A stretch of DNA of 64,000 nt from Thalia democratica (taxonomy: Eukaryota): contig OZ241827.1 of the NCBI GenBank assembly GCA_965202585.1, positions 25,048,001 through 25,112,000 of the forward strand. The letters run 5' to 3'. Each line of letters begins with the position of its first letter. Position 1 is the first letter of the stretch. The notes under the pieces are model-generated. The model searched no databases, had not been told where the DNA came from, and was given only the letters and a program-made list of their open reading frames with translations. Of the stretch, positions 12,001 to 23,137 are shown piece by piece. The position numbers and the translations under genes were made by a program.

Positions 12001-15000
12001 TTGCAGCCACTCAGGGAAGGGAAGAGGAGCCAGCTGTGGCGGATGACCTCAGACGGGAAGTTGTACCACGAAGGAAGCTCGTCACCGGGTGGCGGCAGAG
12101 AGACATCAAAAAGAAGCGGTTATTACGGCGGAAACCAACCTGGTACTTGATTTTGATCAGTTATTAACGAAAAAAATAGAAAGTTTATAAGGGAGGGTTT
12201 TTTTTCTGTCAGAAACTTTTTTTACTTTCATACGTAATTCGTTTCAAATAAATTTATCGTCAGGATTTTTTTTTTGGAAAATTAAAATGGCAGCAATGTT
12301 TTAAATGAATAAACAAAAAGGTTTGATCATATTATAACTTGAGCTTGTCTCTAGGCATATGTAAGTCCAGGCTCTGTTAGACTAAAACCGATGTTTTCTT
12401 GAAACAAATAAATGAATGACTAGTATGCACGAGTATAAAATGATATTAAAAAGTTGTATAACTGAAAGAAAAATGTTTTGTTTCAGGTCTGGTTCTGGAC
12501 ATTGGAGAGCTCGGTTTTGTAAAAGACGAGGGGGTTCCCTTGATTCTCGCTCAGCACGACACCAGAAGACTCCCAACTCAGACGTGGAAGTTTCAACAAG
12601 GGGGATTTCTGACCTGCAAGAAGAAGGGGCTCTGCGTTCAGGTGCTTTCAAATAAACTACTAGGACCGTTTTTTTATCCAATCAATATTAATTCTCGTTC
12701 AACTGAAATTAAAAAATAATAATAATAAGAGAAAATATTGAAAAAAATTACAAAACAAATTTTGCAGGTGCCTAAATTGGAAGTTGGCGCCGAGCCGAGG
12801 CTGATGCAGTGGCAACAACACGACCTGCCCGCCCGCCAGTGCTGCTCCCTCAAAATGATCCCCGGCAGCGGAGTGCTGTCGCTGAAAATTACCAGAGACG
12901 GACCGACCAGAGTCCTTCAAATTCGCGATATAAGGTTGAATCTACTTTTTTTTTCAATGCAAGACCAAAAAAAAAAAAAAAAATTGAGTGATTATATATT
13001 TAAGTAAACCCACTAAGTTGCTTATATTATTAGCTCATGCAATTAGCTGCTGTTATTTTTGTTATATAAACAAACCTGCGTTTTGTTGAGCTTTGAAATG
13101 TATCTATATATTTTAGAAAACGATCAGGATAACTTTGACATTGTTAAAACTCCACAGGCAGCAGAGGTCGGAGTCGCAGAAGCTGCTGAAGCAGGCGGTG
13201 AGCGCCACCGAGGAAAGGAGGAACCTGATCAGGAGGAGCTCCAAGGAGAAGATGGAGAAGCAGACGAGGCTGCACGTGAACGTGTCGCTGTACAAGGGGA
13301 TCGGGGTGTCGCTGGTCAACTCCAACCCCGAGGAGCTGCTCTATGCCAGCCTGTGCGGCGTCAACATGAACCTGACGCTGGGAAGAGACGAGCAGAACGT
13401 CCTACTCAGAATACAGAAAGTTCAGGTTAACTATTGTAGTCGTAATTAACTGTAATGTGTATTATACAGGGTTGCCACTCGGTCAGGAAAAGTCAGGAAA
13501 TCAGGAAAAGTCAGGAAAAAATGGGGGTTTTGAAAAAAAGTCAGGAAATTTGATAAAATTTCAAAATAGTCAGATTTTTTCAGTTTAAATTTACAAAATT
13601 CCTTGTTTTCCAAAGTCTTCAAATGGTAAAAATTAATTAAAAGTCCTTTAAAGTCAGAAAACAATTCTAAAATTTTCCTAGAAATTTACAAAAATATTTA
13701 ATTTTATTTCCAATGCCTTCACCTGGTATAAATTAGTAAAATATCCTTTATAAACCTGCAAAAATTTTCTATTAACATATTGAACAGGTACCCTACTTGA
13801 ACAAGCAGATTTTGTTAGCTTTTTAGTATTGATGATCTGTAGCAAGGACACTTCCATAGTGAAACTGTGATATATACACAAAAGATTATCTAGCATAATT
13901 TTAGAATTAAAGTGTTTTTTGTTTAAATAATTGAGTTCTTTATAACTAAGCAGTTAGTTTAGTATTTTATGTAACGAGTTAATGTGTATACTTTACCTCT
14001 TTATAATTTTTTTAAAGTTGTTTAAATTTATAAATTAAGTTATAAGAGAGGTATATGCTAAGGTTAAGTTTACTTATTGTTTGTTTTTTTTGTAGAGTAA
14101 CTTAAGTTTTTAAAGTAAATAAGAGTATATTTATTTGTTACAAATTTTATACTAAATGATAAGAGGAAGTATTTTATACAACAGATATATAGTTTACTTT
14201 TTTATGTTTTTTTTTACAGTTACTTAAGTATATTCTTTTTTAATTGATTCTTAATTTAAGGATTTTATAACAAAAAGTTTGGGTAGTATTTTATTAAACT
14301 AAGTGAACAATTTATATAAGTAAAACTGATTTAGAAAAGTCTGGAAAATTTTGGTAAAAAGTCAGGAAAAGTCAGGAAATTTTTCTCAGCTTGATCAGTG
14401 GCAACCATGATTATAGTATTAAAAAAATTTAGTTGTTTATGATAAATTTGCTCAGCAGTTATGATGTTTGTTCATTTTATTAAGTTTGAAAATATACGTG
14501 TATTAAAAGGTACTGTAGGATCAAAAGTTCTTTTTTTATCTTGCTTAATAAGTTCTAGGATTTTACTAAAAGCACAAATTTAACAAAGCATATTTAGTTT
14601 TTTATTTATATCATAAATATTAAACATTTATGTTTTTAAAAGATCTGTGTAAACTAAAATAGAATTAATAAAAAAAGGTGGACAACCAACTTTTGGGCGG
14701 TAAACCAGTCGTATTAATCCACCCGACGACCGACAGCGGGGTGGTGACGTCACAATCGACTTCCATCGACCCGCAGTACCACGACGACGATTCTCCCAAC
14801 TCAGTTTCGCAACCCTTCATTCAGATTCACGCGGTCAGGCAGACTTCTACTTCATCGCTGTTGGTTGAAATTGTGGTTAAATTTATTGCTACGGTCAAAC
14901 TTTTTTTAAAAATACTTGAAAAAAATTTGTGTTTTACAACAACAACTGTTAAGTTAACAACTGTTTTTTAAAGTTTAAAAGTTCTTATTTTAAATCCATT

Positions 15001-18000
15001 TTTTTATACCTGTAATTAACGGAAGCCTAGATAACCTATGTATACATCTTGATAGTATTAAAAGAATAAATCAAATAGTTTTAAACAAAACAATTATTTA
15101 GCATTATTGATTGATGAAGGTACGAATTGTTCAAGACGGTGACGATAAAACTTGAGGAGGCGAACGTCCAGATGGAAGAAAGACTTTTGTTGAAAATACT
15201 TCAATTTGTCGGCTACACGTCAAAAGACGACGGCAATAATGACCAATTGAACTACGACGACAAAGTTCATTTGTTTTATTTTTTCTAGACTTAAAGTTGA
15301 TTTTTTATAAACTAATAATAATACTAAAGTTATTAAACGTTCATATTTTTATTTGACCGAAAACATTAACGTTATACTATCTTCAAAATTGTGTTTTTTG
15401 AAACTATTATAAAATTCCAGTTTAAATGAAACACTTTTAAAAGTTAATTTTTTAGCAACTCCAAATAGTTACGGCAAATCATTAGTTGCAATGAGAACCT
15501 TATTTCAAACATTAAACTTTTGTTTAGTAACATTTCAATATTAATTCAAGTTGGATTTGTACCGGGTGGCCAACATGGATGCCAACCAGTTTGGGGGAAA
15601 CCCGGACGCCAACGGCGACGTCAGGAAGCGCTACTACTTCGACGGCTTGAACGTCATAATTTCCCCCAAGCTGAAACTGGGCTTCGTCACGTGCCCGATG
15701 GAGCAGCTGGAGCAGGAGTTGAGGGACGTCAGGTCTCTGTTTCCTTTCTCCTTCGTGCAGTTTCAGAACGCACCGATCAGGATCGACGCTTACCGGAGGA
15801 GCCACATGTTCGAGACAGCCGAGTTTCTGTCGGGCGACTTCAAAAAAGTTCGTTCGATAAGTTGATTGATTTTTTTTTTTCTTTTTGAAATGAAGGTTTT
15901 CCATATCTAGTTTTTCTTTGTTGCAAACAAAGATAAATTATTTTTGTTTTTGTCTAATACAAGTTTTTTTTGTCTTTAAAAAAAAAGTTGATTTAGTACA
16001 AGAATATTCACAGCACATGGTCGACCAAGTGTTGAGCCAGGTGTTCAAAATATTCTTCTCGTTCGATTGTCTCGGCAACCCGATCGGAATTGCCACCGAC
16101 GTCAAGGCGGGGATCACAAACCTGGCCAGCGGCAACATTCCCGAGATGCTGTTGAATTTCTCACACGGACTCTCAAACTCAACCGCTAAGGTTTTTTTTA
16201 ACTAATTGTTTGTAGAAAATTTTAAAAGCTAGTATGATAGCTGGTGTTTAAAAAAAAGTTGATAGTGTTTGTGAAAAGTAATTGAGTTTGTAATTTTATA
16301 TTTTTGTACTCTTATTTTGCTTAATTTTTTCTACAAAGTTTACAAAAACCTTTTACTTCCGTTGAGTTTATGCTACAAAAAAAAACTGTTTTACAACCAG
16401 CAAGTCTTGTATGTATTTACAGAAAATAATGTTTATTTATAACAAAATCAAACTTTACTTATAAACAGTTTTTACAAAAGTATTTCGAATCAGTGCTGCC
16501 TACTAAACGTTTTGCTTAAAGAAATATTTTAAACACAAGCGAAATGCCAGGTGGTGGGAACGTTGTCGAACGGCATGGGCAGGATTGTGATGGACGAAGA
16601 TTACGGGAACAAGAGGAGGGCAATCCAGGCCAACGCTGGAAATTCCGCGGGTGGGCATGTTATCGCCGGATTGCAGGTTTGTTTTTGAACTTTAACTCAA
16701 CTCAACTAACAAGTTTCGATTAGTTTCAACGCGTAAAATAAACTACTTTTAGCTTAAACTTAAGTCTCTTGATTTGTTTTTGAATTATTATATCTACCAC
16801 ATATTTGTTAAATTATTTTTTTTTAGATTTAACTTATAACTGAAGAGCCATAGAGAGCAAATTATAGTTTTGTCTAATTTAGTGAAATGCGTCTCCTTGT
16901 ATGTTCAATTTAGAACTAAACCTAAATTATTAGTGTCTAGTTCAAAAAAATACTTACAATTATTTAAAATAAAAAATAGATGGTTTGACCTCATAGTTTC
17001 TTATTAGGTGACAAACTTTTAAAGTTTTCAAATACTTGTTACTAGGGATTGATGGCTGGGGTGATGGGAGGCCTCACCAGCGTCATAACTCAACCGGTGA
17101 AAGGGGCCCAGTCCGGAGGGGCGAGCGGATTTTTCAAGGGAATCGGCAAGGGCATCATAGGAACGGTTGCCAAGCCGATAACAGGAGTGCTCGACTTCGC
17201 GTCCAATTCGGCCTCGGCGGTCAGAGACCTGTCCATACAAGACGATGCCCTGGTCGAGAGGATGCGCCTCATCAGGTGTTGCCATGGCTTCCAGGTATCA
17301 CCTATTTTGGAGTTATAGTTTTCAACTTGATGTAATGAATAAAAAATAGTTTGTATAGCAAATTTAAAACTCGTATATATCAATAACAAAATATACGATA
17401 AGTATATTTTAATGTTGATTAGTGTAGTGTGAGTATTAGAGTAGTTTGTTTCAAAATAGAAATATTTCTAAAGTTTGACTTGGCAAAAGATTAGTCTTTG
17501 TTTAATTTTATTAAAAAATAATTAGAAAACAATATTTAATCAGGGTTGCTTGCAAGCGTACTCTCACTCAGAGAGCAGGGGTCAGCAAATATTGTACCAG
17601 ATAAACCACAATAATTACAGGGAGCATTTCTACAGCCTCACTGAAATTGGTGCGCCTGGAACAGCCGGAATAATTGTAAGTTACAGAAAAAATATTTATT
17701 TTAGCTTTTTTAATACCTCACAGATGAAAATTTTAAGACTAAGCTATAATTTTCACATACAATTTTTTTTTGAAGAATTTAACCAACATCAAATTAGAAT
17801 TAATTCAGCATATAATTTTTGTTATAGAACAACGTACGTCACAATTTTTTAAACATAACCAAGGTTCTTTATATTGTTGGTAAAAGATAAGTGAGTGTTT
17901 GGATATTAATAAATAAAAATTAATTTAGTATACAATAAAAACATCTGCCTGCATTTAAATGTGACTTAACCAGAAATGCATTTCCAAACCCCAAAACAGG

Positions 18001-18756
18001 TGATAACCACCAAGCAGCAGGTTTACATAGTGAAGGCGAATCACCGTGACAACAACCAATCGGTGGACGCCGACAACATTCTGCTCATAATCCCCTACAC
18101 CGATCTCATCAGGGTGAGCGTGGTTGCCGAGGAGGAACAGAGGGAGGTGTCGGCCGGAGGAAGGAGAAACGAAATTTATTACGTCGAATTTCATTTCGTT
18201 GTTTGTTGCTCTTTCATTGATTTAGATGTAGAAGAAGTATTAAAACTTATTTTAAGTTTTTGGAAAGTTATTTAATTTGTGTACTTCACTAAACGAGTTC
18301 TGCCTTCTGTATTTTTTTAAAACTGTAAACTTTTTCCTAGTGCAACAAAATATACGATTGTACTTTTTAAAGAATTCAGGACCAAATTTTTTTTTTTGAT
18401 TTACTCCGTCACATAAACATAATTCTTTCAAATTTGAAATTAAAACTTCATGTTTGAATTTCAAAATATTAACTTGATGTTTCCAGGATCAGGACTCGGC
18501 GGGCGGCGTCAGGTACGCGAGCAGCCACCAGGTTGAGGAGAGCTTCGTGTCGGCGCTGCGATCGACCACCGTCTTCACCTCGCCCCAGTACCGCTCGCAT
18601 CAGGGGCTGTCCCCCCATCAAAACCCCCAGGTGAACGAGCAGAACGTGAAGAAGCCGCGGGTGAGGTGCAGCACGCTGCAGGTGGCGGAAGCGGTCAGCA
18701 GGAAGGTCGACTTCGCCAAGACGCTGCTGCTGGATCAGAGGGAAACGCTTCTGTGA
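1..18756 (+). CDS. VPS13D: Vacuolar protein sorting 13D (bridge-like lipid transfer protein), 3' part; 5' end lies outside the window
   Basis: Manually spliced GT-AG exons keep a single open frame: 1-158, 363-479, 768-976, 2474-2610, 2833-2942, 4483-4647, 4868-5039, 5761-5810, 6430-6661, 6903-7076, 8047-8170, 8718-8829, 9329-9527, 9682-9898, 10143-10313, 10661-10818, 11033-11138, 11433-11543, 11924-12142, 12487-12641, 12768-12934, 13158-13425, 14678-14859, 15120-15264, 15551-15847, 16014-16190, 16551-16676, 17046-17294, 17544-17675, 18000-~18200, 18487-18756 (TGA). The peptides match VPS13D motifs in the correct order: DYFNRTLSLWEPFIEPW, VGTYFR, KKIITVRSAL, APYWIVNKTGLP, FTAHEQARSLEPLLFSY, PGSSVVFHWPR, CYENFIYIA, EGKRSQLWRMTSDG, GSGVLSLKITRDGPTRVLQI, VDNQL, MEERLLLKIL, LGNPIG, GIGKGIIGTVAKPITGVLDFAS. 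Confidence 0.95.
3532..3590 (+). promoter_or_regulatory. Putative type 3 Pol III promoter of the RNase P RNA
   Basis: TATATAA at 3583-3589 lies about 28 nt upstream of the P1 5' strand. A CGAACGCT direct repeat at ~3553-3568 occupies the expected PSE position, and a CRE palindrome TGACGTCA sits at 3532-3539. Confidence 0.7.
3611..3920 (+). ncRNA. RPPH1: RNase P RNA (H1 RNA) inside VPS13D intron 2943-4482, same strand as the host gene
   Basis: CR-I GGGAAGGTCTGAGAC lies at 3667-3681 and CR-V ATTCAGACTACTCT at 3890-3903; together they form the P4 pseudoknot (GTCTGA/TCAGAC). P1 pairs CGAACGGTAGTA (3613-3624) with TACTCCCGTTCG (3903-3914), one mismatch. P2 pairs CCTGCA (3627-3632) with TGCAGG (3847-3852). 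Also present: CR-IV-like AGCTCGAT, CR-III-like TGAAA, a CATCGC/GCGATG stem and a TGATT-GTAA-AATCA GNRA hairpin. The CR-I sequence is RNase P-type rather than MRP-type. Confidence 0.93.
3918..3925 (+). terminator. Pol III oligo-T terminator of the RNase P RNA
   Basis: A run of 8 T immediately follows the P1 3' strand (TTCGTCC-TTTTTTTT). Confidence 0.75.
7660..7794 (-). mobile_element. Possible decayed Penelope-like GIY-YIG C-terminal fragment in VPS13D intron 7077-8046
   Basis: The minus frame reads HTVTGYQTAFDNCLNLVESFELKFLFIQAFKRKLAEATSYIDGS*. This resembles the H..TGH..FDN..IL..E....RKL.EA..I tail of Penelope-type endonucleases and sits in a GC-richer patch of an AT-rich intron. Confidence 0.4.
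13467..14409. mobile_element. Non-autonomous DNA transposon (MITE-like, 943 bp) in VPS13D intron 13426-14677
   Basis: Terminal inverted repeats CAGGGTTGCCACT (13467-13479) and AGTGGCAACCATG (14397-14409) match at 12/13 positions. The direct repeat ATTATA flanks both sides (13461-13466, 14410-14415). Subterminal GTCAGGAAA repeats occur near both ends. No transposase ORF is present. Confidence 0.85.
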
Positions 18757-20299
18757 CGTCATAGTTGACGGAGTTTGGTTTGGCGTGGGAGTCGGGGCGA
18801 GAATTTTACACGGAAAGCTGCATATTTTTTACTTTTTTCTTTTCGTTTTGTCGGTAGCTTTTTTGTTCGTCATTTTTTAGGAAAGTTGATTTTTTTTGCG
18901 AAGCTTTTTTCGTGCAGTCGATTTTTTGATGTTTCTTTTCGTTTGAAGCCTAACAATCTTAATTTTTATTTTAATATTTTTACTTTTATTGACTGCACCT
19001 TTGAGTGTATACTATGCTAACTATATTATGCATAATTTAAGCTTAATAATACTTTTAAACTAATACTTACACTCGTTTAAGATTTATTTTCGATTTAAGT
19101 TTTATTACACTACCTATGTAATAATTTGTTTCCTGTGATTTTATTTTACACTCGTTGTTTTAAACAAAGACAACAAATTGATTCTTAGGCTTGAAAGATT
19201 TTATCTAAAAGTTTTTGTTGAGGTTAACATATTTGAAAAACTAACAAAAACCTTAACTAAAAGTAATCACACAAACTAGGCTTTTTTTTAAATTAATGAT
19301 AAGAAATAAATCTTGACGGTCTACGTAATTTTGGAATAACTTTTGTTTTCAATCCTCTAAGGTAAAACTTAATGAAATAATTAATTTTTATATACTACCA
19401 AGTACGAAAAATTTTGAAAATTTAATTGAACATTTATTGTAAAAAAGTTAGTTGCTTTGCACAAATTTGTTTTAAAGGTTAAAACTTGATGCCGCACGCC
19501 AGAGGCTTCTGCTTGACAGGCTAGTTCGTACATTGCCGTTCCTATGATTGTGTTCTAGTTAAAAGTTACTGTATGTAAGATGAACACTTTCGATCTTGAA
19601 TTTTTATTAAAGATCAAGAGTGGACAACATACGTTAGACTTAAAATTCCTATCCGTGCACAACTCCAACTTTAAAAAAAAATCTTATTTGGTTCTTTTTA
19701 TTTTACTGTTACCCCTTACCTTTGGTCGGTAAGCGGTTCTCGGATTTGATCGCGGGTTGAAACTGAGCGGTTCCCACAACATACGGCATGCGAATAAATT
19801 TTTAAAGATAAAAAATAGTAGTAAACATAGGTATGAATTTTAAAAATATTATATTAACTAAAATGTGGTAATAGTTCCATTGTTTAAATTTTATGCGAGA
19901 CATATCAGTAAAATTTTAGAAACGACAACAAAGGAAAATATTACACTTGAGTTAATAAAAAAATCTGTTTTTATTCACTATAATGCTTTTGAATAATAAG
20001 CCCTACAAGTTACAATGATTAAAACTATTAATAATCAAAAAAAATATTTGCTTTAATTAGTACAAAACTGAAATAATAACTACCATTTATTTAAAATTCT
20101 TAGTCATAGTTATTAAGTTGGTGTTCATTAATCAAAAATAAGTTACCCAACAAATATCTTCGAGAGAAAAAAATACAAAAATATTTGTTCATTTCCTAAG
20201 AAATGCCATTAATATTTAGAACACTTTAATACGAATATAATAGCAAGCTATGAATGTCATCAAAATTAAGTGAATGTTTTTTAAGTTCTAATCTATAAT

Positions 20300-20545
20300 A
20301 TAATGAACTTTTAAGATTATCAAATGATCTTTCTAATTTTTCCATACTACATTTTTCCTGGTTGATTAAAAAACCGCTATGTCAACTAAATAACTTTGTG
20401 TTGTTGCCATCTTGTTTTGAAAGAACCAATGTATTCCAAAGATAAATCTTGTTCGTCCACAATTTCCCTAAAAACAACAATTTTCATAAGATTTTTAACT
20501 GGAATACAATTAAAATTTCGTACAGCTGTTTGCCTAACATAAAAA
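20300..20545 (-). mobile_element. Decayed Penelope-like element GIY-YIG fragment (inverted copy)
   Basis: The minus frame reads NFNCIPVKNLMKIVVFREIVDEQDLSLEYIGSFKTRWQQHK, matching the C...L.K.VVY.A.V...YIGS..FK.RW..HK pattern. It shares TTTCAAAA(C/T)AAGATGGCAACAACACAA with the plus-strand copy near 20850. Confidence 0.65.
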
Positions 20546-20609
20546 AATATCATTAACTCACAAAACAAAAATTTTTTAGAGGCTGCAAACAAAACGAACA
20601 GAGTTTGAT

Positions 20610-20730
20610 GCTTAATGAACGACAAATAAAATTGCTCAAAATGTTTGATCCTAAGACCTGGTGCACGAAAAAACCTTTCACTTATCGAGTCGCACACCAC
20701 TTGGATACCTTTTAACGTCTTGTACAGGAT
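20610..20730 (-). repeat. Short dispersed repeat, copy A (SINE- or LINE-tail-like; family not identified)
   Basis: Its reverse complement aligns with 28378-28493 with scattered substitutions and small indels (shared ACAAGACGTTAAAAGGTATCC, GTGGTGTGCGAC, TTCGTGCACC, ATTTTGAGC). Confidence 0.8.
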
Positions 20731-20736
20731 AGTTCA

Positions 20737-21095
20737 GAATGTGCAATTGCAGAAACAAGATAAATTACCCATTTGAATGCCTTTTAAAGGGTGTATATAA
20801 AGCAACAGTCAGAGATAAGGAAAACAGTGGTTCTACGAGAGTTTCTTTCAAAATAAGATGGCAACAACACAATTACAGCATTCCCAAGAAATTACAAGCA
20901 ACAGCCCTGACTAAAATCACTATATCAAATAACACCGAATTTTCCGAAATTAAATGGCAAATGCTATTTAAAATCAACTGCTCAGTACCCACAAAGACAT
21001 ATAACTGCAATCTAGAAAGAATGTCCATAGCCTAAGCGGACAGAGTCAAAGCACTTAATAAAAAACAAAGATTTAACTTCTACATGCCCCAATTT
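20737..21095 (+). mobile_element. Decayed Penelope-like element 3' end (GIY-YIG endonuclease domain)
   Basis: The frame reads CNCRNKINYPFECLLKGVYKATV...GSTRVSFKIRWQQHNYS...TALTK...IKWQML...CNLERMSIA*ADRVKALNKK, then KDLTSTCP after a frameshift. This follows the PLE endonuclease pattern CxC..CP..CL..VVYKATV..YIG..FK.RW.NH..S..T.LSK..IKW.IL..CNLC.E...I...LNKR.EL...C, with decay. Confidence 0.75.
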
Positions 21096-21339
21096 TGATA
21101 TAGTTGATACTAACTTTTATTTATTTTTGTATTTTTTTATTTAATAAACTATTTTAAGTTTTATATATTTATTGTTGTCAGTTTATTCATAAGTATTATT
21201 TTATTTGAACAGTATTTTTGCTTAGTTTTAAACTTACATTTAATTAATTTCCCCTATATTAAATTAAGTACATAATTACAATAACTAACTAATTACTTTG
21301 TCATTACTTGATCTTACTATATATATTTGTGTCGTTCTT

Positions 21340-21406
21340 GTTACTTTATTATTACTTAAAAAGCTCTGAAGATCCTTTTAGGAGAAACAGTGGCAGCTAA
21401 AGTAAC
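21340..21406 (+). ncRNA. Type I minimal hammerhead ribozyme motif, cleavage triplet degenerate
   Basis: Sequence: GTTACTTT...AGCT CTGAAGA TCC-TTTTA-GGA GAAAC AGT GGC AGCT AAAGTAAC. The core is CUGAAGA (21366-21372), a 3-bp stem II and GAAAC (21384-21388). Stem I is AGCT/AGCT plus GTTACTTT/AAAGTAAC. GGC replaces GUC. AATAAA follows at 21415-21420, and the motif lies downstream of the PLE fragment on the same strand. Confidence 0.7.
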
Positions 21407-21694
21407 AATCGTTGAATAAAAACTGTTTTAACAAATTATAAGTATGTACTTTATTAATTATTAAAATTTCATTGTTGATTTATTAATTGCTTTATCATAG
21501 CTTAGTATTTTATTTTTTATCTTAAATAAAGAAATCTTAAAACTAATAACCTGCTTATTAAAGAAAATCTATAATAGCTTTTACTGTAGAGGTCTATTGT
21601 TTTATTTTAGACAACTTTAGTGTTCAGTTAAGTTTAATTGGTACAATTAAGTTTTAGTACTTAAGCATATTATCAGATACAAATAAAAATATTT

Positions 21695-21748
21695 TTAATT
21701 GTACCTGATGATCTACTTTTAACAGTGAAACTTAGTCGTACTAATTAA
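21695..21748 (+). ncRNA. Type I minimal hammerhead ribozyme motif with intact GUC
   Basis: Sequence: TTAATT-GTAC CTGATGA TCTACTTTTAACAGT GAAA C-TTA-GTC GTAC-T-AATTAA. CUGAUGA is at 21705-21711, GAAA at 21727-21730 and GUC at 21735-21737. Stem I is about 10 bp with a bulge; stem II is weak (U.U, C-G, U-A). Confidence 0.65.
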
Positions 21749-23137
21749 ACTTTACTAAATTTAAATATTGTTTTTATTGCTTCTTTTTTTATGTTTGAGA
21801 ATTTTTCAAACTCGTCAAGTTTGTGGTTATAAAAAAAAAGTTTTTTATCTTTTATTTTTTTATGTAAAATTGTCAATAGCACAAAAGATGAATTAAAATA
21901 AGTTAATTTGTATCAAGACTTTCTTGAAGTAAAACTAAATAAACCTTAGGCGCAATTTTCACTCTGCAGGAGAGGCTAATTGTTTTTTTTTTTGTTAATT
22001 TTATTTTGTGTCCAAAATAACTTTTTTAATACATAGCTTATAACCTGAAAGTTTTTTTTTGTCATACGATACTGTACTAAGTACTTATAATTATAGTATC
22101 TGCTATAAAACAGTATATATATACATAAGGTTACTTTTAGCATGTAGGTAAAACTAAAGTATTATTAAAAAGTAATATTTTTTACATAACTTATAATGCA
22201 TTGCAGTTTTTTTATTCTTAAATACATGCTGTAGAAGTCTTTGGTTGAACTTAAACTTCTATTTTCTTAAATCTATTTGTTTTTCAATAGTGTAAGCAGT
22301 CCAAACTGATTTTTATAGATCAAATCTAATTTAATTATATGAAAATTGTACAAATATCATTACGGATAAAAACAATCAATTAAAACTATTTTATAAAATT
22401 CAAGAATATCGTTTTTTTCACTTTATAGAAAACTATAAAGATTTTTTTTTAAATATACTTCAATACTATAAAATTCAAATATATTCACGTTGTTTAATAA
22501 ATTACGCAACAGTAAAAATCAATGAAGCTACTTTAAAGAGTTACTGTTTTCAAACTAATTATACAAACTACTAAATCTCAAACTTTTTTATAATAAACGT
22601 AGACGCTAGGTGCTGCTAACAAGATAAAATATAGGCGGCTTCTAAGTGTTAGCCTAATATTTAGGAATTCTTTATATAAATGCATTTTTTTATTAATACG
22701 TTTGAGTGTTTTTTTTTAACTTTAACTTTATCAAACCTATACTTTTTAACCGTTTACCTAACTCTAACAGTTTACTAAAAAATCGTATTGGTAAAAGTGC
22801 ATGTATATGAAGGAGTCCTACTTTGAAACTGCCGAAAACTGCTATTTAACCAGATTCTTTTATTACTAACAGACTTTTTTGTATTTTTTCTAACTTCAAA
22901 TATAGTGTTTTTTATTAGTTATGGTGTTATGAAAACTTTAATTTTTTTTTAGATCTAAATACTATTTCTGTAAAACTGTGAACTGTTCTTATATAATTAT
23001 GTTTTAAATTAGTTTTAATAAAAATATATTTTTAAAATAAAAATTTTAATTCTATATACATTTGTTGCAGTAAAAAGTTTATATATGATTACATATTTTT
23101 TTAATAAATGTAAGTTTTATTAATATTTTTTACTAAC

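Noticed and set aside
19478-19547. Plus-strand frame LKLDAARQRLLLDRLVRTLPFL* as an alternative last exon of VPS13D
   Set aside because: It needs a phase-2 donor, and I found no convincing one in the terminal VPS13D exons.
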